Source: Vulcanimicrobiota bacterium (lineage in GTDB: Bacteria; Vulcanimicrobiota; Vulcanimicrobiia; Eremiobacterales; Eremiobacteraceae). Taken from it: 64,000 nt of DNA. The position numbers were made by a program, and so were the translations under genes. The notes beneath the pieces were generated by a model. The model did no database searches and was not told the origin of the DNA. It was given only the letters and a program-made list of their open reading frames with translations. This document shows, piece by piece, positions 42,358-54,515 of the stretch. The stretch spans positions 32,001-96,000 of the forward strand of contig CAWDVP010000006.1 of assembly GCA_963805945.1 (NCBI GenBank). Direction: 5' to 3'. Position 1 is the stretch's first letter. Each line of letters starts with the position of its first letter.

Positions 42358-42729
42358 TTATGCTGCGGAAGTGCGCTCCTTCTTCTGCTGCCCGTCCTCG
42401 TGGTTGGACAACAGCTTCTTGGAGTTACGCATCGCCCAGGTGTGCAGCTGGTCGAGGATCGGCAGCAGCTCGCGTCCGAACGGCGTGAGCGAATACTCGA
42501 CGCGCGGCGGGATCTCGGGATGCACGCGCCGCGTGACGAGACCATCGGCCTCGAGATCGCGCAGCTGGCGGGTGAGCACTTTGGGTGTGATGCCCTCGAG
42601 CGCGCGCTGCAGCTCGCCGAAACGCATCGTGCCTTGGCCTAGATTGAAGATGACGATGACCTTCCATTTGTCGGCGATCATGGCCATGCTGCGCTGGATC
42701 GGGCAGGCGAGTTTGGTCTCGTACGTCAT
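42358..42729 (-). CDS. HxlR-family winged-helix regulator
   Basis: CP..KWK..RFGEL..LTRQLRDLE..PPRVEYSLT. Confidence 0.93.
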   Translation of the reverse strand: MTYETKLACPIQRSMAMIADKWKVIVIFNLGQGTMRFGELQRALEGITPKVLTRQLRDLEADGLVTRRVHPEIPPRVEYSLTPFGRELLPILDQLHTWAMRNSKKLLSNHEDGQQKKERTSAA

Positions 42730-42892
42730 ATGTCTCCTCGCTATCGTAAGGGGTATTATTCCACTATATAGATACTACTTCCCTTTTTGCAGTGACTCCT
42801 CTATACTGGATGGGTACACTAGATTTACCAGCCCGGATACCCCAGAAATGGCTGGAAACGGCCCCTCAACCCACAGAAAGGCGTACCTCCTC

Positions 42893-43327
42893 ATGGACCT
42901 TACCAAGACCTTCCCCCGCAGCCCAGGCGTCAAGTTCGCAGGCCTGGTCATGCTGGGCCGGACCACCGACAAGGCGCGGGCGCACAACGCCGGCACCCCT
43001 GGTCCCTATCACTTCGGCTGCGGCATGGACAAGCACGTGCTCGGCTTCCTCGGCACGGACCCGGAGGCGTTTGCGAAACTCGTCGCTGCGCACCCGGACG
43101 ACGCCGCGATCGAGGCCTGGGCGGATGAGCGCATCAAGGGCAAGAGCGCCGCGGAGATCGGCACGTTCAACGCCGAGTTCGCGCTCGACGGCCCGGAGCC
43201 GGACAGCGACAGCGAGAAGTTCTTCAAGTCCGAGCAAGAGCGCTTGAGCCGCAAGGATGTCTCGACGTGGTTCGAACTGCTCGACGTCGATGAGAACCGG
43301 CCGGTGCCGGTCCGCATCCTCGCGTAA
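42893..43327 (+). CDS. DUF5069-like protein
   Basis: DLTKTFPRSP..LGRTTDKARA..CGMD..FLG..TWFELLDVDE. Confidence 0.7.
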   Translation: MDLTKTFPRSPGVKFAGLVMLGRTTDKARAHNAGTPGPYHFGCGMDKHVLGFLGTDPEAFAKLVAAHPDDAAIEAWADERIKGKSAAEIGTFNAEFALDGPEPDSDSEKFFKSEQERLSRKDVSTWFELLDVDENRPVPVRILA

Positions 43328-43344
43328 CGCTTCTACAACGAGAC

Positions 43345-43378
43345 GGAGCGGTCGAATTCATTCGACCGCTTTTTCTTT
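43345..43378 (+). terminator. GGAG-type REP-like palindrome followed by a T-tract, probably acting as a terminator
   Basis: GG-AGCGGTCGAAT-TC-ATTCGACCGCT-ttttcttt between convergent genes. Confidence 0.7.
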
Positions 43379-43380
43379 AT

Positions 43381-43833
43381 CTACTTGGGCGGGGCTGTGG
43401 CCTGCTGCTGCTGGACGGCGGCGTAGCTGTCGCGGATCGTCTGCGCCACCTGCTTCACCTGCGCGGGCGCCTTGGGGTCGGCTGTGAGGGCGGCCGTGAT
43501 CGCCTGCGATTTCGCGCCATAGTCCGCGGCCTTGGCGGTCGCGCCGTCCGCTTGCCACGCGCCGTACGCGATGAAGTAGCTGACGCCGGCGGCGAGCAGG
43601 TCGGCATAGTGCTCATCACCGGTCTGCGTGCGGGAGAGCGTGACCAGGCAGTCGGCGACAGGCGGCGCGGAGTCTCGCATGAACGCCATATCCTTGGTGA
43701 GCATGGCGCTCTGGAGCTTGGAGAATTCGGTCTGCGCCCAATCGTTCGTGCACTGGGCGGCCGCGGCGGGCAGCACGCCAAGGCAGAACAAGAACGCGCC
43801 ACCGATGACCGCGACGGCGGAGGCGCTACGCAT
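43381..43833 (-). CDS. secreted helical hypothetical protein
   Basis: Signal peptide ending AAAA; typical codon usage. Confidence 0.65.
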   Translation of the reverse strand: MRSASAVAVIGGAFLFCLGVLPAAAAQCTNDWAQTEFSKLQSAMLTKDMAFMRDSAPPVADCLVTLSRTQTGDEHYADLLAAGVSYFIAYGAWQADGATAKAADYGAKSQAITAALTADPKAPAQVKQVAQTIRDSYAAVQQQQATAPPK

Positions 43834-44002
43834 CGCGCACGCTCGCGAAGATCACCTTGAATGCAGCGGCGGTCTCTTCATCATCCCAGTCGCCTGAGTT
43901 ATTGTCGAGCATGGATATCGTCAGCTGGGCCGCGATGCGGCGCAGTTCGAGGTCTCGATCAGTGCCATCCATTTTCAGAGCCTCCCGGGATGGAGATCCC
44001 GG

Positions 44003-45524
44003 CTAGAGATTCGCCTGCAGCCCGAAGGTCGGGGTGGCGACGTTCGGCCCGAAGACGTTGCGCTCGCCGTAGAATATCTCCAGCTGGTGCGCGAGCCGGA
44101 TATCGCCGTACAGGTCGAGCGTTGGGTTCTTCGGAGTTGTAGAGGCGCGCGTCGACGCCGAAGATCCCCGGCCGGTAGACGGCCTTGAGCCCGAGATTCG
44201 AGTACAGCGCCCCGCCCGAGAGGGTGAACGAACGCGAGAAGCGATGGTCGATGAGCGCGTTGTACGTCGTACTATAGCCGAGGCTGTTCGCGCCGAAGGT
44301 GATACCGGTTGGGCTGCGCGGCAGCACCACGACGTTGAGATCGCTCGTCGGGCCGCCGTTAAACTTATTGCTCCAGTACAGTCGCACTTGCGGCTCCACC
44401 AGCGAGAATGCGTGGGCGTGCCGCGAGCCGGACATCGCCTCGCCCGGCGTGCCCGCCGGCGCTTGGGTTCCTGAACCGCCGGGCGGCGGCGCGCCCGCGG
44501 CGGGTCCCGGCGTGTTGCCCGCGGTCGAATAGTCGCCGAGGATGGCGTTCGCCTTGGCCGTGACGCCGGACAGATCCGCGATCGTCGAGCGCAGTTCCGC
44601 CTGTACTTTCGGGTCGCCGGTGAGCGATTGCAGGTCGGTCGCCGCGCTGCGCAGCTTCTCGCTCGCGTCCTTGAAGTTGACCGCCGTCTGGATGAGGCTC
44701 GCTTTGATGGTCGGGTCGCCGGTGAGCGAGGCGAAGTTGGCCATGGTGGTGTTGAGGTTCTTCGCGGTGTCGGACAGCGCGGTGACGAGCTGTTGGACCT
44801 GCACCTTGTTGTCCTTGACCAGCGTGTTCATGCTGCCAGTGAGCTCGACGAGGTTGTCGCCGCCGGTGCGGATGTAGTGATCCAGCTCGGCCACTGACGT
44901 GTTCAAAGAGACGGCGAGCGAGCTGAGATTCGCGTTCGCGCCGGTGATGAGCGTGTCGGTGTGATCGGCGATCCGGTCGAACTTGCGCAGCATCTCGGGC
45001 ATCTCGTGGTTGATCATCGCGATCGTCTTGTCGAAGCTCTTGAGACGGACTTCGCTCTCGCTGACCAGGTCGCCGATCGTCGGCGGCACCCGGCCCCACG
45101 GCGCGTCGTTTGGATCGGCGGGGATGCCAGACATCACTGTGGCAGAGCTGACGTCCGCCGGCGGCCTGATCTCCAACGTGGACTGACCGGTGAGCGTGCT
45201 CGTCACGACGAATTTCGACTCACGATAGATCTTGGTGCCCTTGTTGATCGCCGCCTCGATGAGGACGGTCTGATCGGGCAGCAGTTTGACGCCCGTGACG
45301 CTGCCCACCTCGACGCCGGACACCTGCACCGACGCGCCCTCCGCTAGGCCGCGCACGTCCTTGAAGTGCACCGCGATCGGATAGCCGCGGAGGGACTGGC
45401 CGATATTGCTGACGGTCACCACGACCGCGCCGGCGGCGACCAGCGCCACCACGGTGAACAAGCCCACGCGGATCTGCTGGGAGGCGAGGCTCGCGCCGCG
45501 CGCGTCAGAACGGGATCGGGCCAA
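44003..45524 (-). CDS. mlaD: long MlaD/MCE protein with a helical linker and beta-rich C-terminus (frameshift near 44130)
   Basis: TM, MCE motif GLAEGASVQVSGVEVGSV, long helical region; shifted frame ends FGLQANL*. Confidence 0.82.
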
Positions 45525-46308
45525 GTTCGCTTCCTTGCAAGAACTGCTGCACGATGGGGTTCGGCGAGCGCCGGATCTTCGCCACAGGGCCGGCCTCGAT
45601 GATGGTGCCTTCGAAGAGCATGGCCATGTGGTCGGACAGGGCGTACACCGATTGCAGGTCGTGAGAGACGACGACGCTCGTCGCCTTCAGACGCTCTTGG
45701 ATGCTTTTGATCGTTGTCACGATGATGTGGGTCATGATCGGATCCAGCCCCGAGGTCGGCTCGTCGAAGAGGATGATTTCCGGGTCATTCACGATTGCCC
45801 GAGCGAACCCCGCCCGCTTCTGCATGCCGCCGGACAGCTCGCCCGGCAGCCGGTCGCCCACGTCGGATAGCCCTAGCGATTCCAGGGTGTCGGCCACCCG
45901 CTTGTCGATCTCGGGTTTGGTCATCTTGGTGTGCTCCCACAGCGGGTAGCCCACGTTCTCGGCGATGGTGAGCGAGTCGAACAACGCCGAGTACTGGAAC
46001 GCGAAACCCATCTTCTTCCGCATCTCGATAAGCTCGCGCTCGGTCCAGCCGGTGATGTTCTGGTCGTTGACGTAGACCGCGCCGGTGGTCGGCCGGCGCA
46101 GGCCGTTGATGACGCGCAGGATGGTGGACTTGCCGGCGCCGGACAGGCCGATGATGCCGGTGACCTGGCCGCGCTTGCAGTCCACCGAGCAGTCGGAGAG
46201 CACGATCTTCTCGTCGTACTTCAGCGAGACGCGGTCCAGTCGGATAGCGATGCCCGCCGCCGGATCGGGCGGACCTGCGGGCTGGTCGTCGACCTCGAGC
46301 GCGCTCAA
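45505..46308 (-). CDS. mlaF: MlaF/Mkl ABC ATPase
   Basis: GLSGAGKS, FQYSALFDSLT, LSGGMQKR, DEPTSGLDP. Confidence 0.92.
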   Translation of the reverse strand: MSALEVDDQPAGPPDPAAGIAIRLDRVSLKYDEKIVLSDCSVDCKRGQVTGIIGLSGAGKSTILRVINGLRRPTTGAVYVNDQNITGWTERELIEMRKKMGFAFQYSALFDSLTIAENVGYPLWEHTKMTKPEIDKRVADTLESLGLSDVGDRLPGELSGGMQKRAGFARAIVNDPEIILFDEPTSGLDPIMTHIIVTTIKSIQERLKATSVVVSHDLQSVYALSDHMAMLFEGTIIEAGPVAKIRRSPNPIVQQFLQGSELGPIPF

Positions 46309-47075
46309 TGGAACAACAGGTACGACATGGCGAGGTTGGAGGCGAAGATCAAGATGATCGACGTGACCACGGCGTGCGTCGTGGATCGCCCGACTCCATC
46401 GGCGCCGCCTTCAGTGCGAAAGCCCTCGTAGCACGCGACGATCGCCACGATCCCGCCGAAGACCGCCGCCTTGAGCACGCCGCGCAGAAAATCTTGTTCG
46501 TCGGTCGTCACCTGGATGGAGTGGAAGTACGCGTATTGCGAGATGTTGGCCTCGATGTGCGCCATGACGTATCCGCCGACGATGCCGACGACGTCTGCGA
46601 ACACGGTGAGCAGCGGCATGGTGAGCACGCACGCGAGCAGACGCGGCGCGACGAGCACCTTCGTCGGGCTGACGCCCATCGACTGGAAGGCCTCGATCTG
46701 TTCGGTCACCTTCATGGAACCGAGCGACGCGGTCACCGCGGCGCCGGCGCGCCCGGCGAACACGATGCCGGTGAGCATCGGCCCGAGCTCGCGAAACGTG
46801 CCGATCGCGACGCTGCCGCCGACGTATTGCGTCAAGCCGTTCTGCACCGCCGCCTGTGCCGCCTCAAGCGAGATCACCATGCCGGTGAAGAGCGATGTGA
46901 GCACGACGATGGGCCACGACTCGACGCCGAGGAAGTACGCCTGCCGCAAGACCTCCGAGACGCGCACCTGGAGCGTGAAGATGTAGCGCAGCGCATCGCC
47001 GAGCAGCAGCACGAGGCCGCCCGTGTAGCCCAGGAAGCGGGCGATCGGATCGGCGTACCGCTGCCGTTCGATCAC
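46305..47075 (-). CDS. mlaE: MlaE ABC permease
   Basis: RELGP..AGRAG..LGSMKVTEQI..GGADGVGRSTT. Confidence 0.93.
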   Translation of the reverse strand: MIERQRYADPIARFLGYTGGLVLLLGDALRYIFTLQVRVSEVLRQAYFLGVESWPIVVLTSLFTGMVISLEAAQAAVQNGLTQYVGGSVAIGTFRELGPMLTGIVFAGRAGAAVTASLGSMKVTEQIEAFQSMGVSPTKVLVAPRLLACVLTMPLLTVFADVVGIVGGYVMAHIEANISQYAYFHSIQVTTDEQDFLRGVLKAAVFGGIVAIVACYEGFRTEGGADGVGRSTTHAVVTSIILIFASNLAMSYLLFH

Positions 47076-47383
47076 GGCGTGCCGTTCCGTTGCGCGAGCG
47101 TGTCGAGCACCCGCTGCGCGCCGCTCAGCCGGCGTTCCGCGACCCCGCGCTCGGCCTGCAGGTTGTACTGCCGCTGGTAGAGATCGTCCAGCGTGCGATC
47201 GAGCCGCTCGAGGTGGCGTTGCGCTTCTGCCGCCATATCGCCGAAGTACTTGGCCGCGGCCGCGTGCAACGCCTCGACCGCCGCCGGCCCCTCGCCTCGG
47301 CCCACCCGCTCGCGCGCCCGCACGATGGCGCGATCTGTGATGTGGAACTCGTCGATGAGGGCGAGCAGCTCGCCTTCGCTCAC
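47072..47383 (-). CDS. coiled-coil hypothetical protein translationally coupled to rph and mlaE
   Basis: Start and stop codons overlap both neighbours. Confidence 0.6.
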   Translation of the reverse strand: MSEGELLALIDEFHITDRAIVRARERVGRGEGPAAVEALHAAAAKYFGDMAAEAQRHLERLDRTLDDLYQRQYNLQAERGVAERRLSGAQRVLDTLAQRNGTP

Positions 47384-48152
47384 GCGGTCGCCGCTTTCGG
47401 GGACCTGCCGAAGGCCGGCACGCCGAAGGGCGCGAGCGCGCTGCGCTGCTGCTCGACGAGGGTGGTGATCCCGCCGCCGGCAAGCGCCAGCAGCCGGTCG
47501 AAGTCGGTGCGGGAGAACGGCATGCCTTCGCCAGTGCCTTGGATCTCGACGAGCCGCCCGTCGCCCGTCATGGCGACGTTCATGTCGACCTGCGCCTGCG
47601 AGTCCTCCTCGTAGCACAGGTCGAGCATGGGGCGTCCCCCCACGATGCCGACGGAGGTCGCGGCGAGCCAATCGGTGAGCGGCCAGCCGCGCAGCTTGTT
47701 AGCGGCGCGCAGCTTGACGAGCGCGAGCGCGAGCGCGACGAAGGCGCCGGTGATCGCCGCGGTGCGCGTGCCGCCGTCGGCTTCGAGCACGTCGCAATCG
47801 AGCACGATGGTGCGCTCGCCTAAGGCGCGCAGATCGACCACCGACCGCAAACAACGGCCGATGATGCGTTGGATCTCGTGCGTCCGGCCGCCCAGACGGC
47901 CCTTGACGGATTCGCGCTGCGTGCGCTCCGAGGTCGAGCGCGGCAGCAGCGCGTACTCGGCCGTCACCCAGCCGGTGCCTTGCCCTTTGAGGAAGAGCGG
48001 CGCGCGGTCTTCGACCGTCGCGGCGCACAGCACCCGCGTGTTGCCGATCTCGATGAGCGCAGAGCCTTCCGCGAACCGCAAGTAGTTCGGCGTGATGGCA
48101 AAGGGCCGCGCCTGGTCGTCAGCGCGTCCGTCCGCGCGCGCGGCTGAAGGCG

Positions 48153-48156
<4 letters not shown>
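47380..48156 (-). CDS. rph: ribonuclease PH
   Basis: [34 protein letters not shown]. Confidence 0.96.
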
Positions 48157-49982
<1,826 letters not shown>

Positions 49983-49988
49983 GCGCGT

Positions 49989-50594
49989 CTACCCTCCGCT
50001 GCTCTGCACGCGCCACACCTTGAGCGCCTCGGCGGTGAGGATGGCGCGCAGCTGCGCCACCGCAACGTCGAATTCGTCGTTGATGATGAGGTACTCGTAG
50101 TCGTTGATCGCGGTCGCCTCGATGCGGGCGGTCTCGAGCCGGGCTGCGATGTCGCTCGGCGTGTCCGCGTTGCGCACCTCGAGCCGCCGTTGCAGCTCGT
50201 CCTCGGAACCGACCGTCAGGAACACCAAGACGGCCTGCGGGAAGAGCTTCTTGATCGCCAGCGCGCCGTTGACCTCGGGTTTCATCACGAGATCGCGACC
50301 GGAACGGAGCGTCTGTTCCACGAATGCCTTCGGCGTGCCGTACAGATTGCCCGCGTACTCGCGCGTTTCGATGAAGTCGCCCGCCTTCAGCATGCGCTCG
50401 AAATCGGCGCGCGATACGAAATGATAATGGACGCCTTCGATCTCGCCCGGGCGCGGCGCGCGCGTCGTCGTCGAGACGCAGTACGCGACCTCGGGTTCCA
50501 ACGTGCGCAGCGCGGCGATGACGCTGTCCTTGCCGGATCCCGAGGGACCGGACACGACGAGCAGCACGGCTTTTCGAATCGGCGTGGCTTCCAT
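49989..50594 (-). CDS. gmk: guanylate kinase
   Basis: SGPSGSGKDS, TTRAPRPGE, YHFV, YGTP. Confidence 0.95.
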   Translation of the reverse strand: MEATPIRKAVLLVVSGPSGSGKDSVIAALRTLEPEVAYCVSTTTRAPRPGEIEGVHYHFVSRADFERMLKAGDFIETREYAGNLYGTPKAFVEQTLRSGRDLVMKPEVNGALAIKKLFPQAVLVFLTVGSEDELQRRLEVRNADTPSDIAARLETARIEATAINDYEYLIINDEFDVAVAQLRAILTAEALKVWRVQSSGG

Positions 50595-50602
50595 ATCCTC
50601 AT

Positions 50603-52423
50603 ATGACGCTTGATAGCTGGATGGTCGGGCGCTTAGCCCTCGAGCTGCAGGCGCTGCTCTCAGGCGCGCGCATCACGGAGCTGCGCGGCGGCGCGCTGTC
50701 GTTGACGGTGGCGCTCTATCGCCGGCAGCGGCAACCGGTGCTCTACGCGTCCTTCGACCCGCAGGCGCCTCTGGCCGCAGTGCTGGAGAGCGCCGGCCCC
50801 GCAAACGAAAGCGGCCCCGGTAGCTGGGCCGGCGGCGTCGCTCCGCTGCTCCGCGGGAGCGTCGTCGACGCAGTCCATGCCGTCCCAAACGACCGCATCC
50901 TCAACATCGACGTGAGTTCTCGCTCCGCGTTTGGGGTGCCTGCGCGGCACCGTATCGTCCTCGAGCTGGAGCCTCGCAAAGCCAACGCGTTGGTGCTGCG
51001 CCCGATGGATCACGACCGCTGGACGATCCTCGCTGCCGCCAAGGAATTCGAAGGCAGCGACGGCTCGCGCGCGATCGAGGTCGGCGAGATGTACGCGCCG
51101 CCGCCTGCGCGCCGGGCGAAGCTTGATCGGGCCGCGTTCCTCACCGCGGTCGATATAGAGCGCTTGGAGCGGTCGAATTCATTCGACCGACTCGACCCAT
51201 CAACTGCAGTGCCCGAGCGAAGCTCGGGAGATCTCCGCCTTCGCTCCCTCGCGCGTCTGTTAGGCGAGTTCGACCCGACCTGTACGCCGCCGCTCGCGCG
51301 CGAGGTGATCGAGCGCGCTCTGGAGCGCCCCAACGACGAGCTGGGGTACGCGATGCTCGACGTATGGGGACCGCTGCGCGAGCAGGTCGCTGTCGCCGCT
51401 GCGGATTTCGCGGCGCCCATCTTCGCGTATCGGCGCGGCAGCGGCGTCGCCACCTGCCACGTCGTCTCCCTGACCTGGCCGCCCGGCGAAGCCTCGCGCG
51501 AGAAGAGTCTCAACGCGCTCTGCGCGCAGGAGCTCGAACGCGGCCAGCGCACGCGCGTCGAACCGGCGGCAGCCGCGCTGCGCAAGAGGCTCGAATTGAT
51601 GCTGACGCGGTGCGACGCGGAAGTCGCCGGGCTGCGGGCTGCGCTTGATCGGGCGGACCGCGCCACTGAGCTGCGCGCCGCCGGCGATGCGCTCTACGCG
51701 GGTCTCGCGGACATCGAGCCGGGCAGCACGTCGTTCGTCACCGCGGACGGACACGCGGTCGCGCTCAACCCGCTGCTCACGCCGAAGCAGAACGCGGCCG
51801 ACTACTTCAAACGATACAAGAGGGCGCGCAGCGGGCTGCCGCGCATCAAGGCGCGGCTCGCCGCGCTCGCCGCGCACAAAGAGCATTGGGAACAGCTGCT
51901 GTGGGAGCTCGATCGCGCGGACGCGCAGCCGGCGCTGCGCACCGCGATCCACGCCGACGTGACCGCAGCGATCTCCAAACGCAAGGCCCCTGGAGCGGCC
52001 GACTTTAGTCGACCGGGAAAAGCGAAACGTAAGAGCAGCGGTCGAATGGATTCGACCGCTCCAAAGTTTGGCGAAGGTGTGCTGCTGTCCGGTGGCGCGA
52101 CTGCGTTCGTCGGCCGCTCGCCAAAAGACAACGAGCGGCTGACCTTCGTTGTCGCGCGGCCGAACGACTACTGGTTCCACGCGCGCGGCATCCCTGGTGC
52201 GCACGTCATCCTCAAGCTCGCGCATGCGGGCGAAACGCCCACCCAAGAACAGCTCGAGGCCGCTGCGGCGCTTGCCGCGGGAGCGAGCCGTGCCTCAGAC
52301 GCCGGCAAGGTCGAAGTCGATTACACCCAACGCAAGCACGTGCGGCGTCAAGGCAAAGGCGCGACCGGGCTCGTCTGGTACACGGACGTCAAGACGATCC
52401 TGGTCACGCCCAAGGGCCCCTAG
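50603..52423 (+). CDS. NFACT / RqcH (FbpA-like) ribosome quality-control protein
   Basis: NDRIL, QNAADYFKRYK, VGRSPKDNE..WFHARGIPGAHV..VDYT. Confidence 0.88.
   Translation: MTLDSWMVGRLALELQALLSGARITELRGGALSLTVALYRRQRQPVLYASFDPQAPLAAVLESAGPANESGPGSWAGGVAPLLRGSVVDAVHAVPNDRILNIDVSSRSAFGVPARHRIVLELEPRKANALVLRPMDHDRWTILAAAKEFEGSDGSRAIEVGEMYAPPPARRAKLDRAAFLTAVDIERLERSNSFDRLDPSTAVPERSSGDLRLRSLARLLGEFDPTCTPPLAREVIERALERPNDELGYAMLDVWGPLREQVAVAAADFAAPIFAYRRGSGVATCHVVSLTWPPGEASREKSLNALCAQELERGQRTRVEPAAAALRKRLELMLTRCDAEVAGLRAALDRADRATELRAAGDALYAGLADIEPGSTSFVTADGHAVALNPLLTPKQNAADYFKRYKRARSGLPRIKARLAALAAHKEHWEQLLWELDRADAQPALRTAIHADVTAAISKRKAPGAADFSRPGKAKRKSSGRMDSTAPKFGEGVLLSGGATAFVGRSPKDNERLTFVVARPNDYWFHARGIPGAHVILKLAHAGETPTQEQLEAAAALAAGASRASDAGKVEVDYTQRKHVRRQGKGATGLVWYTDVKTILVTPKGP
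51166..51189 (+). repeat. GGAG-type REP-like palindrome inside the NFACT CDS
   Basis: GGAG-CGGTCGAAT-TC-ATTCGACCG, translated as ERSNSFDR. Confidence 0.8.
51992..52062. repeat. inverted pair of GGAG-type REP-like palindromes (REPIN-like) inside the NFACT CDS
   Basis: GGAG-CGGCCGAC-TTTA-GTCGACCG ... CGGTCGAAT-GG-ATTCGACCG-CTCC. Confidence 0.75.
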
Positions 52424-52967
52424 TTACCCTTGCCGTTGTTACCGTTGCCTTGTTGCCGTTGCCGTTGTTACCGTTGCCCTTGTTACCGTTGCCTTCGTTC
52501 TCGTTGTTCGGGTGCTGCTTCCAGTATTGCTTGCAGTGCCCCGGCGGCCAGCACGCGGGATGGTAGTTCTGCGGGAAATACGCGACCATGTGTGTCGTGG
52601 TGCAGCGCGTGTAATAGCCGTTGAACGAGCACGGCTGCGTTCCGTTGTTGCTCAAATACGTGACGACGCCGCCGCTGTTGGGATACACGACGCGCCCGTC
52701 ACCGTAGATGACGCCGCCATCGGCCGTGTATCCGACCACGGTATTGGCTTGCAGCGCCGCGGTGTTGGCGGCCGCCAGCTTATGCTCGTAGTTGTTGTAG
52801 AGGATGATGCCCGCGGCGACTGCGAGTCCGCCGAGGATGATGTTGCGCGTGGTCGCGGCGCTATCCGCCCGCACCGGCGCGAACAGTCCGGCGAGCATGG
52901 AGACGACCAAAGCCAAGACGAGAAACGCCTTGGACAGACCGCCGAAGCGTGGGAATGACAAAGCCAT
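52420..52967 (-). CDS. secreted hypothetical protein with an Asn/Gly-rich tail (probable 1-nt deletion in the tail)
   Basis: AAGGAG RBS, signal peptide, PPGHCK motif, GNGNK repeats. Confidence 0.7.
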
Positions 52968-53026
52968 GAGAGTTCTCCTTTGCGGGTTTCGTACCCGATC
53001 CAGACCGATCTCAAACCAAGGAGCGG

Positions 53027-54133
53027 TCAAGCAAGCGACGCTTGGCCGCAGATGAACATCGCGTCGCCGAACGAGTAGAACCGATAGCCCTCGCGCACCG
53101 CCTGCGCGTACGCGTCGAGCAACCGCTGCGTGCCCGCGAACGCGCATACCAGCATGAGCAGCGTCGAGCGCGGCAGATGGAAGTTGGTGATCATCGCGTC
53201 GACGACGCGGAATTCGAAGCCGGGATAGATGAACAGATCGGTCCAGCGGGATCCCGCTGCGACCCGGCCGTCAGCGCTGTGCAGCGCCGCGTCTTCGAGA
53301 CTGCGCACGCTGGTGGTGCCGACCGCGATGACCCGCCCGCCTGACTTCTTCGTGCGGGCGATCGCCTCGACGGTCTCGGCCGGTATCGAGTAGCGCTCGG
53401 AGTGCATCGGATGCTCGCGGATATCGGCGGCCTTCACCGGGCGAAACGTTCCGGCGCCGACGTCGAGCGTCACCGTCGCCCAGTTCGCGCCTCGCTCGCG
53501 CAACGCGCCGATGAGCTCGGGCGTGAAATGCAGGCCCGCGGTCGGCGCGGCGACGGAGCCCTCATGCGCCGCGTACACCGTCTGGTAGCGCTCGCCCGCG
53601 TCGGGCGGCGGTGTGGTGATGTACGGAGGCAACGGCACCAGACCGTAGCGCTCCATCGCGTCGCCGGCGCTCAGCCCGTGAAAGCGCACGATGCGCGACC
53701 CGAGCGGCGTGTGCGCGGCTATCTCGATGCTGTGCTCCGAGCTCAATGTCAGGCGGTCGCCGACCCGCACGCGTTGGCCAGGGCGGACGAGGGCCTCCCA
53801 CGTTTCTTCGTCTTCTGCCGTCGGATGCAGCAGCAGCACTTCAGCCTTGCCGCCGCCGCGCCGCGAAGGGCGTAGCCGCGCGCGCATCACGCGCGTGTCG
53901 TTGACGACGAACAGATCGCCGGGCCTGACGAGCGACGGAAGATCGGAGAACGTGCGATGCGCGATGGCCGCGCCGTCCATGACGAGCAGCCGCGACTCAT
54001 CCCGCCGCTGGGCCGGCGATTGCGCGATGAACTCTGCCGGCAGCTCATAGTCATAGCGTTCGGTCTCAAAGACAGAACCCTGCGCTTCGGCACTACCGAC
54101 TAAGCTCGCTTCAGACCTGCGTGCCCCGCTCAT
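53027..54133 (-). CDS. queA: S-adenosylmethionine:tRNA ribosyltransferase-isomerase (start uncertain)
   Basis: YDYELP..IAQ, NDTRV, PLPPYI, YQTVYA, AAPTAGLHFT, YRFYSFGDAM. Confidence 0.96.
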   Translation of the reverse strand: MSGARRSEASLVGSAEAQGSVFETERYDYELPAEFIAQSPAQRRDESRLLVMDGAAIAHRTFSDLPSLVRPGDLFVVNDTRVMRARLRPSRRGGGKAEVLLLHPTAEDEETWEALVRPGQRVRVGDRLTLSSEHSIEIAAHTPLGSRIVRFHGLSAGDAMERYGLVPLPPYITTPPPDAGERYQTVYAAHEGSVAAPTAGLHFTPELIGALRERGANWATVTLDVGAGTFRPVKAADIREHPMHSERYSIPAETVEAIARTKKSGGRVIAVGTTSVRSLEDAALHSADGRVAAGSRWTDLFIYPGFEFRVVDAMITNFHLPRSTLLMLVCAFAGTQRLLDAYAQAVREGYRFYSFGDAMFICGQASLA

Positions 54134-54515
54134 GTGCTCTCGTCGTTCAGTGCCACATGATGACATCCATGTTCGCAGTGGGTTAATAGGGAACACTCCA
54201 ACAATAAGCCACCCCTACTGACGCCATGGGGAACGTCCGCTAGAAGTGTAGAACGTCCGCTTCAGAAAATGGGGAAGAAAAAGAAACCAGCCAAAAAACG
54301 AGGTGCGCGAGTACCACAAAAGCGTCGCGGACGTTCAGGGAAAGCGTGGCCTCCGCGTATACCTGGCACCGGCATCTACATGGGTCCAGACGATACGCCG
54401 CTGCTCCCTGGAGCGCCTCAGAACATTTGATGATGTTGGAAACTTCGGACGGTGGCTGCGGCCCGTGTGAGCAGGTATCATTTTAGTGACATATCGCCTC
54501 GTTAGCGCTGCGCGG

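Noticed and set aside
49983..49989. glmS ribozyme
   Set aside because: gmk ends 6 nt before the glmS start, leaving no room for a leader.
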